Positions 31,164-41,591 of a DNA stretch of 64,000 nt are shown here, in pieces; within the stretch, counting starts at the first letter, position 1, and each line of letters begins with the position of its first letter. This stretch comes from an uncultured Acidimicrobiia bacterium. GTDB lineage: Bacteria; Actinomycetota; Acidimicrobiia; Acidimicrobiales; AC-14. The notes under the pieces are model-generated. The model was given only the letters and a program-made list of their open reading frames with translations, was not told the origin of the DNA and ran no database searches. The stretch covers positions 32,001 through 96,000 of the forward strand of contig CAWIIV010000019.1 in assembly GCA_963836205.1 (NCBI GenBank), written 5' to 3'. The translations under genes were made by a program, and so were the position numbers.

Positions 31164-34100
31164 CTAGGCCGGGGTGCGCACCTTCTCCGACACGACCTTG
31201 GACGAGCCGCCCGGCTGCAGGGTGACGCCGTAGAGAGAGTCGGCCGCCTCCATGGTGCGCTTCTGGTGGGTGACCACCACCAGCTGGGCCTCGTCGCGGA
31301 ACTGGTGGAGGAGGTCGATGAAGCGGTGGAGGTTGACGTCGTCGAGGGCGGCCTCGACCTCGTCGAGGAGGTAGAAGGGCGACGGCCGGCTGCGGAAGAC
31401 GGCGAACAGGAAGGCGATGGCGCACAGGGCCCGCTCCCCGCCCGAGAGCAGGGACAGCTTGCGCACGTTCTTGCCCGCGGGCCGGCAGTCGAGCTCGATG
31501 CCGGCGTCGAGGACGTGGTCGGGGTTGGTGATGTGCAACCGCCCCCGCCCGCCCGGGAAGAGGGTCTCGAACAGGTCTGCGAAGTGCTCGGTGACGTCGG
31601 CCAGGGCCGCGGTGAGCAGCTCCGCCATCTCCGCCTCCACCGCCCGGATGATCTTGACCAGCTCCCGGCGGGAGCCCTTGATGTCGTCGAGCTGGGTCGG
31701 TGAGGAAGTCGTGGCGCTCCTGCAGCGCCTCCAGCTCCTGGAGGGCGAGGGGGTTGACGGGGCCCATGAGGCGCAGCTCCCGTTCGAGGTCTCGGGCCCG
31801 GGCGGCGGCGTTGGTGCCCGGCGCCAGCGTCGGGCAGGAGGCGACCATGGCGTCCGACGGCTCGCAGTCGAGCTCCCGGCGCACCGCCTCCTCCGCCGTC
31901 TCCAGTCGCAGGCGGGCCTCGGCCGTCTCCAGCTCCACCCGTCCGGAGCGTTCCCGCAGCTCGCCCAGGCGCCGCTCGGACGCGTGGCGGCGGCTGCGGA
32001 GGCCGTCGAGGGCGGCCACCCCCTCGGCGGTGGCCCGGAGCTGGGCGTCGCGGCGCTGGCGGAGGTCGGCCAGGGCGGCGTCGATCTCGGCCAACCCCTC
32101 GTCGAGATGGGGACCGAGGCGGTCGAGGCCGGCCCTGGTGGCCAACAGTCCCGCCCGGCGGGACTCCGACTCCTGGCGGCGGGCGGCCGCACCCGCCAGG
32201 CGGGACTCCACCTCGGCCAGGCGGCGGGCCAGGGCCGAGCGGCTGTCGTGGAGGCCGGCGGCCCGCACCTCCAGCTCGGCCCGGAGCGCGACCAGGCCCT
32301 CGGCCCGGGACTGGATGCGCGTGCGGTCGGCCCGCTCTGACGCCACCCGGGCCGCGCCCGCGGCCTCGTCCTCGTCGAGCGATGGGAGGAGGGACTCGAG
32401 CTCGGCCACCCGGGCCGCCTCCTGGGCGATCCGGTCGACGGTGCGGTCGCGCTGGGCCCGCACGTCGTCGATCTCACCCGCCAACCGGCGGGCGTCGGCC
32501 CGAGCGGTGGTGGCGGCGGCGTCGAGCTGGCGGTAGCGGCTGGCCGCGGCCGACGCCTCGGTGGCGCACCGGGCGGCGGTGGCGGTGGCGGTGCGGGCCG
32601 CTGCGGTGGCGTGGTGGAGCCGGTCGTCGGCCGCCGCCTTCGCCGCCGCCAGCTCGTCGACCCGGGCCCGGGCCTCGTCGAGGGCGGCCCGGGTGACTCC
32701 CGGCGCCCCCACCCCCAGTCGCCAGCCCACGGACGAGATGCGGTCGCCGGCCCGGGTGACCGCGACCACGTCGGGGAAGGCGAGGGTGACGTCGACCGCT
32801 TCCTCCCAGCCGCCGTCGACCACGACCACGCCGGCCAAGAGGTGGCGGAGGAGCCGCTCGACCCCGGGATGGCTCGACCGGACCACCGAGCGAAGGGGGC
32901 GGGCCGGGCAGTGGGGCGAGACCGCGGCCGGCGGGTCGAGGAGGGAGCTCAGGGGCAGCACGCCCGCGGGCAGGGCGCCCGCGCCCGCGCCGGCGCCGGC
33001 ACCGGCGCCGGCCAGGCCGTCGAGCAGCCGGCGGCCGGTGGCGACGCCGTCGACCACCACCGCCCCCACCGCCTCCATCACCGCCGCCTCGAAGGCGGCC
33101 TCGAACCCGGGGTCGACGTCGACCAGGTCGAGCAGGGTGCCCATCACGCCGTCGACTCCCGCCAGGCGGTCGGTGTCGCCCCGGCCCCGGGCCTCGTCGA
33201 CCGCCATGGCCAGGGCGTCGGCCCGCGCCACCCACGTGCGGTGCCCGGCCGCCGCTTCCCGGGCCGCACTCTCGGACGCGGCCAATTCCGCCTCCGCCGC
33301 CCTCCGCGCCCCCTCCGCCGCCTCCCGGGCCGCGGCCAAGTCGGACTCGGCCGCCGCCAGGCGGGCCAGCTCCAAGCTCACCCGGTCGGCCTCGTCGCCC
33401 AGGGCCGTGGCCCGGGTGTCGAGGCCGGCCAGGCGGTGCTCGAGCCGGGCCAGGTCGGCGCGACCCCGGTCGAGGTTGGCCCGGAGCGCCCCCAGCTCGC
33501 CCCGGGCCTCAGCGGCGACGTTGGCCCGGCTCGACGGCTCGCCCAGAGCAGCCCGCTCCTGGGCCAGGTCGGCCTCGCCCCGGGCCAGCTCGGCGAAGCG
33601 AGCGGCCATGGTGCCGGCGGCGGCCTCCACGTCGGCCAGCTCGGCCCGCAGCCGGGCGGCGTCGTCGTCGAGGGCGGCGAGGAGGGCGGAGTCGACGCTC
33701 ACGGCCAGGTCCCGCTCGACCGACCGCCGGCGCTCGGCCACCACCGCCACCAGTCCCCGGGTGCGCTCCCGCAGCGCCTCCAGCCGGCCTACGGTGTCAC
33801 TCAGGCGGGCCCGGCCCAAGTCGGCCACCCGGATCTCGGCCGCCGCCACCGACGTGTCGAGCACCTCCAGCTCGGCCTTCAGCCCCACCTCCTCGCCCTC
33901 CAGGCCGGTGCGGGCCTGCACCGCGGCCTCGTGGCGGGCGGTGAGCACGGCCAGCTCCCGGCCCCGCAGGAACAGGCGCAGGGCGTGCAGCTCGCCCACC
34001 AGGTCGCCGTGGCGGCGGGCGGCCTCGGCCTGGCGCTCCAGGGGCCGCAGCTGGCGCCCGACCTCCCGCAGCAGGTCGGTGAGGCGGAGCAGGCTGGCCT

Positions 34101-34656
34101 CCGTCCCCTCCAGCCGCCGCTCCGCCTTCTCCTTGCGGCGGCGGAACTTGAGGATGCCCGCCGCCTCCTCCACGATCAGGCGCCGGTCCTCGGGACGGGA
34201 GTCGAGGACGGCATCGAGGTTCCCCTGGGACACGATGATGTGCTGCTGGCGGCCCACCCCGCTGTCGGACAGCAGCTCCTGGAGGTCGAGGAGCCGGCAG
34301 GGGACGCCGTTGAGCGTGTACTCGCTCTCCCCCGACGCGCGGAACAGCGTCCGGGTGATGGTGACCTCCCGGAAGTCGATCGGCAGCACCCCCCGGGTGT
34401 TGTCGATGGTGAGGCTCACCTCGGCCCGCCCGAGAGCGGGGCGGCGGCCGGTGCCGGCGAAGATGACGTCGTCCATCTTGCTGGACCGGACGGTGCGGGG
34501 GCCCTGGGCGCCCAGCACCCACGCCACCGCGTCGACCACGTTGGACTTGCCACTGCCGTTGGGGCCGACGACCACCGTGAGCCCGGGCTCGAACTCGAGG
34601 GTGGTCGACTCGGCGAAGGACTTGAAGCCCTTCAGGGTGAGCGAGCGAAGAAACAT
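31164..34656 (-). CDS. smc: Chromosome segregation protein SMC; apparent frameshift ~31695
   Basis: LKGFKSFA, GPNGSGKSN Walker A, coiled coils/hinge, LSLLSGGE, LLDEVEAALD, THQKRTME. Confidence 0.95.
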
Positions 34657-34779
34657 CGGTCCCCCGAGGGTAGTTGGGCCTCCGACCCGTCCGGCGGACC
34701 CTTCCGGCCCCCGACCCCCTACAGTTTTCCTGTGAAAGTGCTAAAGCCCGACCCCACTCCTGCCGATAGGAGCGAGGAA

Positions 34780-35250
34780 ATGGGCGCGCCGGCGGTAACA
34801 CCCACCCTTTTTCAGGCCCGGCCGGTGCGAGAGTCGACCCGGATCCGGCGCACGGGCATCTGGATGTCGGTCGTCGGGACGGTCCTCACCCTGCTCGGCG
34901 GCGTCACCGTCCTCGTCACCCGGGACGACTCTGGCGTCCCCGGCATCCTGACGGAAGACCGCCCCGCGGCCGCGGTCGAGGACGGGTCGGGCACCGTCAC
35001 CACCGTCGTCGGCGCCCCCGCCACCAACCGCCCGCCGGGCACCATCGACTCCGGCAGCCAGCCCGTCACCCCCCTCTCCCCGACTGCCCCGCCGCCCGCC
35101 ACACCGGCGGAGGTGGCCCAGCTCCTCGCCGCCCTCCCCCTGCAACTCCAGCAGGCGGCCGACTCCAGTGGCCAACCCCACGAGCTGACTCCCGAGGAAG
35201 TCGACAAGTCGATCGACGACCTGTTGCGCCAGATCGGGGCCAAGCCCTGA
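34780..35250 (+). CDS. Hypothetical single-TM protein with P/T-rich linker
   Basis: GAGG RBS; TM IWMSVVGTVLTLLGGVTVLV; C-terminal helices. Confidence 0.65.
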   Translation: MGAPAVTPTLFQARPVRESTRIRRTGIWMSVVGTVLTLLGGVTVLVTRDDSGVPGILTEDRPAAAVEDGSGTVTTVVGAPATNRPPGTIDSGSQPVTPLSPTAPPPATPAEVAQLLAALPLQLQQAADSSGQPHELTPEEVDKSIDDLLRQIGAKP

Positions 35251-35288
35251 TGGTGCGGCCCCACCACTCCCAGGAAGGAGGACGTCAG

Positions 35289-35792
35289 ATGCGCAGGACA
35301 TCCGCCCGCTCGATGGGCATAGTCGCCGTCGGCTTCGGCGCCATCGCCGCGGTGAGCCTGGCTCTCCTGGTCCCCGCCGGCGCCGGGGCGGCCCAGACCA
35401 CCCCCACCACCAGCACCACCGCCGCGCCCACGCTCATCGAGGCCATCTGCGGCCGGCTGCCCAACCTCATCGGCAACGTCGGCCTGGCTCTGCCTCAGGC
35501 CGAGGACGCGCTCACCGCCGCCCGGGCCGCGGTCGACGCCAGGCGGGAAGCCATGACCACGGCCATGGGAGAGCTGGCCGCCGCCGTCGTCGACCACCTC
35601 GGCGTCCTCGACGCCAAAGGCGACTCCACCGCCTCCGGCCGTGCCCTCAAGGCCAAGCAGGCCCAGTACGTCGGCGCCGTCGTCGCCTGGAGCAAGGCCC
35701 GCACCCAACTCTTCGACGGCGAGCAGCAGCTCGTCTTCGGCGAGCTCCAGCAGACCCTCCTCGACAGCGTCAACACCAACGCCTGCCCCTAG
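35289..35792 (+). CDS. Secreted helical protein with two Cys
   Basis: AAGGAGG RBS, signal peptide ending AGA, T-rich linker, AICGRL ... TNACP stop. Confidence 0.72.
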   Translation: MRRTSARSMGIVAVGFGAIAAVSLALLVPAGAGAAQTTPTTSTTAAPTLIEAICGRLPNLIGNVGLALPQAEDALTAARAAVDARREAMTTAMGELAAAVVDHLGVLDAKGDSTASGRALKAKQAQYVGAVVAWSKARTQLFDGEQQLVFGELQQTLLDSVNTNACP

Positions 35793-35828
35793 CGCGACTC
35801 CGAAACGGGGCTTGGCCGGGCCGGGTCC

Positions 35829-36671
35829 TCAGACCTGGCACTGCTCGCAGAGGAACGAAGAGCGGCCGTTGACCTTGACCTTGACGATGGTGCTGCGGCA
35901 GCGGCGGCAGGCCTGGCCGGCCCGGTCGTAGACCTTGTGCTCCTTCTGGTACTCGCCGATGGCCCCGAACAGGTCGCGGTACTGCTCGTCGGCGAGGGAC
36001 GAGCCCCGGTGCTTGATCGCGTCCTGCAACGTCTCCACCATGGCCCGGTAAAGGCGGCGGACCTCCTGCGACGACAGCGTCTCCGACGAGCGGTCGTAGC
36101 GCAGCCCGGCCGCCCACAGGATCTCGTCGCTGTAGATGTTGCCGATGCCGGCCACGAACTTCTGGTCCATGAGCAGGGATTTGAGCTTGGTCTTGCGGGC
36201 GGTGAGCAGCTCGCCGAACCGCACCCACGACATCATGTCGTCGACGGGGTCGAACCCGAGGTGGGCCAGCTCCGGCACCTGGTCGGCCAGGGCCTCGGGC
36301 GTGGTGACGAAGAGCTCGCCGAACGTGCGGGGGTCGACGAAGCGCAGCAGCCCGCCCTGGGTGAAGGTGATCACCGCGTGGGTGTGCTTGGGGTCGGGGT
36401 CGCGGACCCCGCCCTTGCCCCGCAGCAGTTGGCCGCTCATGCCCAGGTGGACGACGAGGACGTCGCCGCCCTCCAGTCGGAGCAGCAGGTACTTGCCCCG
36501 CCGCTCGACGGCGGTGATCTTGTGACCTTCGAGGCGGGCCACGAAGTCGGCGTTGTCGGGGTGGCGACGGATCGACCGGGTGCCCTCCACCACGACCGAC
36601 TTGATGCGCCGGCCGACGACCTCCTTGTCGAGGTCGCGCTTGAGGGTCTCGACCTCGGGCAGCTCAGGCAT
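35829..36671 (-). CDS. mutM: Formamidopyrimidine-DNA glycosylase
   Basis: MPELPEVE, RRGKYL, HLGMSG, GIGNIYSDE, CRRC...CEQCQ zinc finger. Confidence 0.97.
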   Translation of the reverse strand: MPELPEVETLKRDLDKEVVGRRIKSVVVEGTRSIRRHPDNADFVARLEGHKITAVERRGKYLLLRLEGGDVLVVHLGMSGQLLRGKGGVRDPDPKHTHAVITFTQGGLLRFVDPRTFGELFVTTPEALADQVPELAHLGFDPVDDMMSWVRFGELLTARKTKLKSLLMDQKFVAGIGNIYSDEILWAAGLRYDRSSETLSSQEVRRLYRAMVETLQDAIKHRGSSLADEQYRDLFGAIGEYQKEHKVYDRAGQACRRCRSTIVKVKVNGRSSFLCEQCQV

Positions 36672-37503
36672 CGGATTCGTCCGCCGACGGGTCGTCGAGC
36701 CCAAGGGACTCGACGGGCTCGACCGACTCGACCGGCTCGATCGGCTCGACCGGCTCGACCGGCTCGACCAACTCGACCGGCTCGACCAAGTCGACGGGCT
36801 CGACCGGAAGCGCCGGCTCCGACAGCCCCTGCCACGCGATCCGGGCCGCGGCCTGCTCCGCCTGCTTCTTCGACCGTCCCTCGCCCAGGCCGTACTCCAC
36901 GCCCCCGATCGACACCCGGGCGGTGAAGCGCTTGGCGTGGTCGGGGCCCTCGGACACCACGTCGTACTGCGGCAGCTCGTCGAAGCGGCGGGCGGCCAGC
37001 TCCTGGAGCCGGGTCTTGAAGTCGTGGCCGCCGGGTCCGGCCGCGGCCTCGGTCATGCGTTCGCCCAGCAGGTCCATGACCAGCGTCGACGCGCCGTCCC
37101 ACCCCCCGTCGAGGTAGACGGCGCCGATCACCGCCTCCATGGCGTCGGAGAGGATCGAGGGCTTCTCCCGCCCGCCCGACGAGTCCTCGCCCTTGCCCAG
37201 GCGCACTGCCTCGCCCAGGCGCAGCTCGGTCGCGGCCTCGGCCAGCACGCCGGCGTTCACCACCGCCGCCCGCACCTGGGCCAGGTGGCCCTCGGGCAGG
37301 TCGGGGTAGGTGCGGTACAGGTAGGCGGTGACGACCAGCCCGAGGACGCTGTCGCCCAGGAACTCCAACCGCTCGTTCGACAGCTCGCCCGGGCTCTCGG
37401 CGCACCAGGAGCGGTGGCAGAGCGCCCGCGCCAGCAGCGTGGGATCGGCGAAAGGACGACCGAGCCGCTCAACCAGGGCGTCGAGTTGTTCGCGGTGGCT
37501 CAG
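36664..37503 (-). CDS. rnc: Ribonuclease III; probable CTG start; C-terminal EPV repeats
   Basis: ALCHRSW, NERLEFLGDSVL, DAMEAVIGAVYLD, dsRBD DFKTRLQE...GRSKKQAEQAAA; frame open from CTG 37503 overlapping the acpP stop. Confidence 0.93.
   Translation of the reverse strand: MSHREQLDALVERLGRPFADPTLLARALCHRSWCAESPGELSNERLEFLGDSVLGLVVTAYLYRTYPDLPEGHLAQVRAAVVNAGVLAEAATELRLGEAVRLGKGEDSSGGREKPSILSDAMEAVIGAVYLDGGWDGASTLVMDLLGERMTEAAAGPGGHDFKTRLQELAARRFDELPQYDVVSEGPDHAKRFTARVSIGGVEYGLGEGRSKKQAEQAAARIAWQGLSEPALPVEPVDLVEPVELVEPVEPVEPIEPVESVEPVESLGLDDPSADESDA
36705..36810. repeat. 9-bp tandem repeats (CTCGACCGG-like) at rnc 3' end
   Basis: Encodes PVEPVDLVEPVELVEPVEPVEPIEPVESVEPVES. Confidence 0.85.
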
Positions 37504-37823
37504 GACTTCGAAGCGCCGCCGGCGCGCTCGACCACGTAGTCGACCGCGTCACGCACGGTCTTGAGATCTTCGAGGTCCTCGTCCTCGATGCGGAAACCGG
37601 CGGAGCGCTCGGTCATCTCCTCTTCGATGGCCTCGACCAGCTCGATCAGGGCCAGGGAGTCGGCGTCGAGGTCGTCGGTGAACGACGCCCCCTCGCTGAT
37701 GGCGGAGGGCTCGATCTCGAGGATGTCGGCCAACCGCTCACGGATCAGGGTGAAAACGGCCTGGCGGTCGAAAGGGCCCCCGTTGGAGGTCTCTTCATTC
37801 GATGTCGGGGTCACGGCGGGCAC
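37500..37823 (-). CDS. acpP: Acyl carrier protein
   Basis: FTDDLDADSLALIELV (Ppant Ser), LKTVRDAVDYV. Confidence 0.93.
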   Translation of the reverse strand: MPAVTPTSNEETSNGGPFDRQAVFTLIRERLADILEIEPSAISEGASFTDDLDADSLALIELVEAIEEEMTERSAGFRIEDEDLEDLKTVRDAVDYVVERAGGASKS

Positions 37824-37907
37824 GGCCGGTAAAGCTCCTGAGTGGCGGACTGGGACCGGCTGATGGTACCGGTTTTCGCGCTTGTGCGCTTGTGAACGGG
37901 CCCGCCC

Positions 37908-38951
37908 TCAGGCGTCGGCGACCGACTCCCGGATCCGGCCCACCATGTCGGCCAGGACCATCTCCCGGGCCAGGCCGACGGCGTTGAAGATCGCCCGCCG
38001 CGACGACGATCCGTGGCTGATGATGCACAGCCCGTCGACGCCCAGGAGCATGGCCCCGCCGTAGGACTCGGGGTCGAGCTCGGCGTTGAGGGGGAGGAGC
38101 AGGGGTAGCAGCACGTTGGTGGCCTGGCGGGCCTCCTCGGTCGACGTCATCACCCGCAGGAGGGTGTCGAGGAGGAAGCGGGTGCCGCCCTCCAGGGTCT
38201 TGAGGACGACGTTGCCGGTGAAGCCGTCGGTGACGACCACGTCGACCCTGTCGGAAAGGACGTCGCGGCCCTCGACGTTGCCGATGAACTTCCCCGATGT
38301 GCGCAGGCAGCCGGGCTGGGCCAGCAGGGTGTGGGTCTCCTTGACCAGGGCCGATCCCTTGCCCGGCTCCTCGCCGATCGACAGCAGGCCCACCCGGGGC
38401 TCGTCGAGCTTGAACCGCTCGGCCGCGTACACGGCCCCCATCTGGGCGAACTGCACCAGCCAGCTGGCCGTGCAGTCGGCGTTGGCGCCCCCGTCGAGCA
38501 GGACAGTGGGGATGGCGCCCGGCACGGGGATCACGGTGGCGATGGCGGGCCGGGCCACGCCCTTGACCCGTCCCATGCGCAGCAGTGCACTGGCCATGGC
38601 CGCCCCGGTGTTGCCGGCGGACACCATCGCCGACGCCCGCCCGTCGCGCACCGCCTCCGCCGCCCGCACGACCGACGAGTCCTTCTTGCGGCGCACACCC
38701 CCGGCCGGGTCCTCGTGCATGTCGACGACCTCGCTCGCCTCCAGCACCTCGAGGCCCCAGGTGTTCCCCATGACCTCGCGCCGGCCGACCAGCAGGATGG
38801 GGACGCCGAGCTCCTCCGCCGCCTGGCGGGCGCCGGCGACGATCTCCAGAGGCCCCTGGTCGGCGCCCATGACGTCGACCGCGATGGGAAGGAGGGCGGG
38901 CGTCGGGCGCGACGGGTCGATGCCCTGGGGGGGACTGTCCGGGCTGGTCAT
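37908..38951 (-). CDS. plsX: Phosphate acyltransferase PlsX
   Basis: IAVDVMGAD, SAGNTGA, LLSIGEEPGKG, VTDGFTGNVVLK, ISHGSS. Confidence 0.96.
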   Translation of the reverse strand: MTSPDSPPQGIDPSRPTPALLPIAVDVMGADQGPLEIVAGARQAAEELGVPILLVGRREVMGNTWGLEVLEASEVVDMHEDPAGGVRRKKDSSVVRAAEAVRDGRASAMVSAGNTGAAMASALLRMGRVKGVARPAIATVIPVPGAIPTVLLDGGANADCTASWLVQFAQMGAVYAAERFKLDEPRVGLLSIGEEPGKGSALVKETHTLLAQPGCLRTSGKFIGNVEGRDVLSDRVDVVVTDGFTGNVVLKTLEGGTRFLLDTLLRVMTSTEEARQATNVLLPLLLPLNAELDPESYGGAMLLGVDGLCIISHGSSSRRAIFNAVGLAREMVLADMVGRIRESVADA

Positions 38952-38976
38952 GCCGGGCGCCGGATCGTAGGGGGTA

Positions 38977-39156
38977 CTAGTCGACGTCGATGGCTTGGCG
39001 ACCGCCGTACCAGCCGCAGTTGGGGCACACCACGTGGGGTCGCTTGACCTGGCGGCACTGCGGGCAGGTGCTCTGGGCGGGTGCCGCCAAGCGCCAGTTC
39101 GATGCCCGGCGACTGCGGCTCTTGGCCTTCGACGTCTTCTTCTTGGGGACAGCCAT
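38977..39156 (-). CDS. rpmF: 50S ribosomal protein L32
   Basis: MAVPKKKTSKAKSRSRR...CPQC..HVVCPNCGWY. Confidence 0.97.
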   Translation of the reverse strand: MAVPKKKTSKAKSRSRRASNWRLAAPAQSTCPQCRQVKRPHVVCPNCGWYGGRQAIDVD

Positions 39157-39182
39157 GGAGGTTCGATGGTAGTCCCATTGGG

Positions 39183-39695
39183 CTACTCGGTCGGCGGGTC
39201 GGCCAGAAATCCCTCCAAGGCCGCCCACCGGGGGTCGAGGTCGGCGGGGTCGCACCCGCACGGGCCGAGGTTGAGGTCGGCCCCGCAGGTGGCGCACAGG
39301 CCCCGGCAGTCGGCGGCGCACAGGGGCACCAATGGCAGCTCCAGCAGGACGTGCTCCCGAACGAGGGGCTCCACGTCGATGGTGTCGTGGCCCAGGCGGT
39401 AGCTCTCGCCCTCCCGGGGCGCCCTCTCGAACAGCTCCCGGAACTCGAAGTCGACCCGCCCCGCGGCCGGCCCCAGGCACCGGGTGCAGTCGGCCCGCCA
39501 GGGGGCGGAGATGGTGCCGCTGGCCAGCAGCCCGTCGGTGACCCACTCCAGGGTCGTGACCACGTCGAGATCCTCGTCGGCCGGCACCTCGGCCACGCCC
39601 ACCTTGAGCCCCGGCAGCCTGCCCCTCAGCCGCTCCCGTCGGCGGGCGGCGGGCTTGTGGACGAGATCGGCGACGTTGACGACGAAAGGCCGCAT
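39183..39695 (-). CDS. YceD/DUF177 family protein
   Basis: CTRCL, PLCAADCRGLCATCGADLN..CGC, DPRWAAL; upstream of rpmF. Confidence 0.92.
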   Translation of the reverse strand: MRPFVVNVADLVHKPAARRRERLRGRLPGLKVGVAEVPADEDLDVVTTLEWVTDGLLASGTISAPWRADCTRCLGPAAGRVDFEFRELFERAPREGESYRLGHDTIDVEPLVREHVLLELPLVPLCAADCRGLCATCGADLNLGPCGCDPADLDPRWAALEGFLADPPTE

Positions 39696-39708
39696 AGGAA
39701 AGAGAGTC

Positions 39709-40260
39709 TCACCACTGGTCCTGGTCGAAGAACACCTCGCCGGTGTCGGGCTCGCCCTCGGCCCGCACCGTCTGGTCGCCCTCCTGGGGCCCGGGCAGGG
39801 GCGTCACCCGGAGCTTGGCCCGGCCCGCGCCCACCGTCTTGGTGATGCGTTCGAGGACTGTCTCGAAGCTGGCCAGCTTCTGGTCGCAGTAGTCCTCGGC
39901 CTCGTGGCGCAGGCGGCGGGACTCGTCGTTGGCCTCCTCCACCGTGCGCCGGGCCACCCGCTGGGCCTCCCGCACCAGCTCGGTGCGCTGGACGATGCGC
40001 TCGGCCCGCTCCCGGGCCGCGGCCAGGATGTCGTCGGCCTCCCGCTGCACCTTGGCCAGGTACTCGGCCCGCTCCTTCAGCAGCCACCGGGCCTGGCGCA
40101 TCTCCTCCGGCAGGCGGGCGATGGCCTCCTCCAGGAGCTCCACCACCTCGTCCTTCTCCAGCCGCACGGTGGACGACAGGGGCATCTTGGGGGCGCTGTT
40201 GATGAGATCGAGCACCCGCCGGAGCAGGACCTCGCTGTCGGGCGGCTCCACGATGCTCAC
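39709..40260 (-). CDS. Coiled-coil protein between coaD and yceD (SepIVA / ATP synthase b-like)
   Basis: APKMPLS, LPEEMRQARWLLKER, EAEDYCDQKLASFE. Confidence 0.85.
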   Translation of the reverse strand: MSIVEPPDSEVLLRRVLDLINSAPKMPLSSTVRLEKDEVVELLEEAIARLPEEMRQARWLLKERAEYLAKVQREADDILAAARERAERIVQRTELVREAQRVARRTVEEANDESRRLRHEAEDYCDQKLASFETVLERITKTVGAGRAKLRVTPLPGPQEGDQTVRAEGEPDTGEVFFDQDQW

Positions 40261-40877
40261 TTCTCGACCCGGCCCACGGTCTCGACCCGGCCCACGGTCT
40301 CGACCCGGCCCACGGTCTCGACCCGGCCCACGGTCTCGACCCGGCCCACGGTCTCGACCCGGCCCACGGTCTCGACCCGGCCCACGGTCTCGACCCGGCT
40401 CACGTTCTCGAACCGGCCCCGCAGCCGCTCGGCGACCGTGGTGGGGACCATCGACGACACGTCGCCCCCGAAGCGGGCCACCTCCCGCACCAGGCTGGAG
40501 GACAGGAACGAGTACTCGGGCGTGGTGGGCATGAACAGCGTCTCGATCCCGGACAGGCGGTAGTTGAGCTGGGCCATCTGGAGCTCGTATTCGAAGTCGG
40601 ACACGGCCCGCAGCCCCTTGACGATGGCGCTGACCCCCCGGTCGAGGGCGTAGTCGACGAGGAGCCCCTCGAACTCGTCGACCTTGAGGTTGGGCAGGTG
40701 TCCGGTGACCTCGGCCAGCATCTCGGTGCGCTCGACGAGGGTGAAGACGGTGGACTTGTGGGGGTTCTCAACCACCGCCACCAGCACCTCGTCGAACAGG
40801 CGGGCGCTGCGCTCGATGACGTCGAGGTGCCCGAACGTCACCGGGTCGAAGGAGCCGGGTATGAGGGCCCTGGTCAT
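40257..40877 (-). CDS. coaD: Phosphopantetheine adenylyltransferase with repeat-expanded C-terminus
   Basis: PGSFDPVTFGHLDVI, KGLRAVSDFEYE, SFLSSSLVREV. Confidence 0.96.
   Translation of the reverse strand: MTRALIPGSFDPVTFGHLDVIERSARLFDEVLVAVVENPHKSTVFTLVERTEMLAEVTGHLPNLKVDEFEGLLVDYALDRGVSAIVKGLRAVSDFEYELQMAQLNYRLSGIETLFMPTTPEYSFLSSSLVREVARFGGDVSSMVPTTVAERLRGRFENVSRVETVGRVETVGRVETVGRVETVGRVETVGRVETVGRVETVGRVEK
40262..40420. repeat. 18-bp tandem repeat: 7 perfect + 2 degenerate copies
   Basis: TCTCGACCCGGCCCACGG x7 from 40262; encodes (VGRVET)n in CoaD. Confidence 0.95.
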
Positions 40878-41431
40878 CCGGCTGCCTCCCCCTCCTGCTC
40901 CGCGGCGTCGCCTTGCTGGCGGCGCACGAGGGTCACCACCGTATCGCCATGGCGGCGGGATCTGAGGGCCGCCCACGGCAGGTGGATGTCGATGTGGTCG
41001 CCGGTCTCGAGGACGGCCAGGCGGGCGGGGAGGGCGGCCAGCAGGCGGGGCCACTCGTCGAACGCGTACGGCGGGTCGACGAGGGCGAGGTCGAACGTCT
41101 CCTTGGTGGACTCGACGAAGCGGAGCGCGTCGCCGAGGACGACCTTGGCCTCGCCCCCCAGGCCGGTGGTGGCCAGGTTCTGCTCGACGGCCCGGACGGC
41201 GGCGTGGTCGGCGTCGACGAACGTCGCCGACGCCGCCCCCCGGGACAGAGCTTCGATGCCAAGGGCACCGGTGCCGGCGAACAGGTCGAGGACGCGGGCG
41301 TCGCGGATGGCGTCGATGCTGGTCAGGGACGAGAACATCGCCTCCCGCACCCGGTCGGTGGTGGGTCGCAGCCGCCGCCCGGGCGGCGCCAGCAGCCGCC
41401 GGCCTCCAGCCACTCCGGCGACAACTCTCAT
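40874..41431 (-). CDS. rsmD: 16S rRNA m2G966 methyltransferase
   Basis: MRVVAG..GGRRL, RPTTDRVREAMF, LDLFAGTGALGIEALSRGA, DPPY. Confidence 0.95.
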   Translation of the reverse strand: MRVVAGVAGGRRLLAPPGRRLRPTTDRVREAMFSSLTSIDAIRDARVLDLFAGTGALGIEALSRGAASATFVDADHAAVRAVEQNLATTGLGGEAKVVLGDALRFVESTKETFDLALVDPPYAFDEWPRLLAALPARLAVLETGDHIDIHLPWAALRSRRHGDTVVTLVRRQQGDAAEQEGEAAG

Positions 41432-41462
41432 GGCCGGACTCTCATGGCCGGACTCTCATGGC
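41424..41462. repeat. 14-bp tandem repeat (~2.8 copies) containing the rsmD start codon
   Basis: ACTCTCATGGCCGG ACTCTCATGGCCGG ACTCTCATGGC. Confidence 0.85.
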
Positions 41463-41591
41463 TGCTCACGGTACCGGTCCCGTCCCGATGTTCTGGCCGG
41501 GTATCTCACTCGCCGCCCACGGCCGACCACCGGGAGTGTGATCTGCGGCGTGGCGGGGTAAGGTGGCGGCAAGCGAGTGAAGGAGGCGACG

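Noticed and set aside
29392-34656. 1754-aa SMC-DoxX fusion
   Set aside because: The SMC C-terminal ATPase half lies in another frame; the long ORF is frameshift read-through across ftsY.
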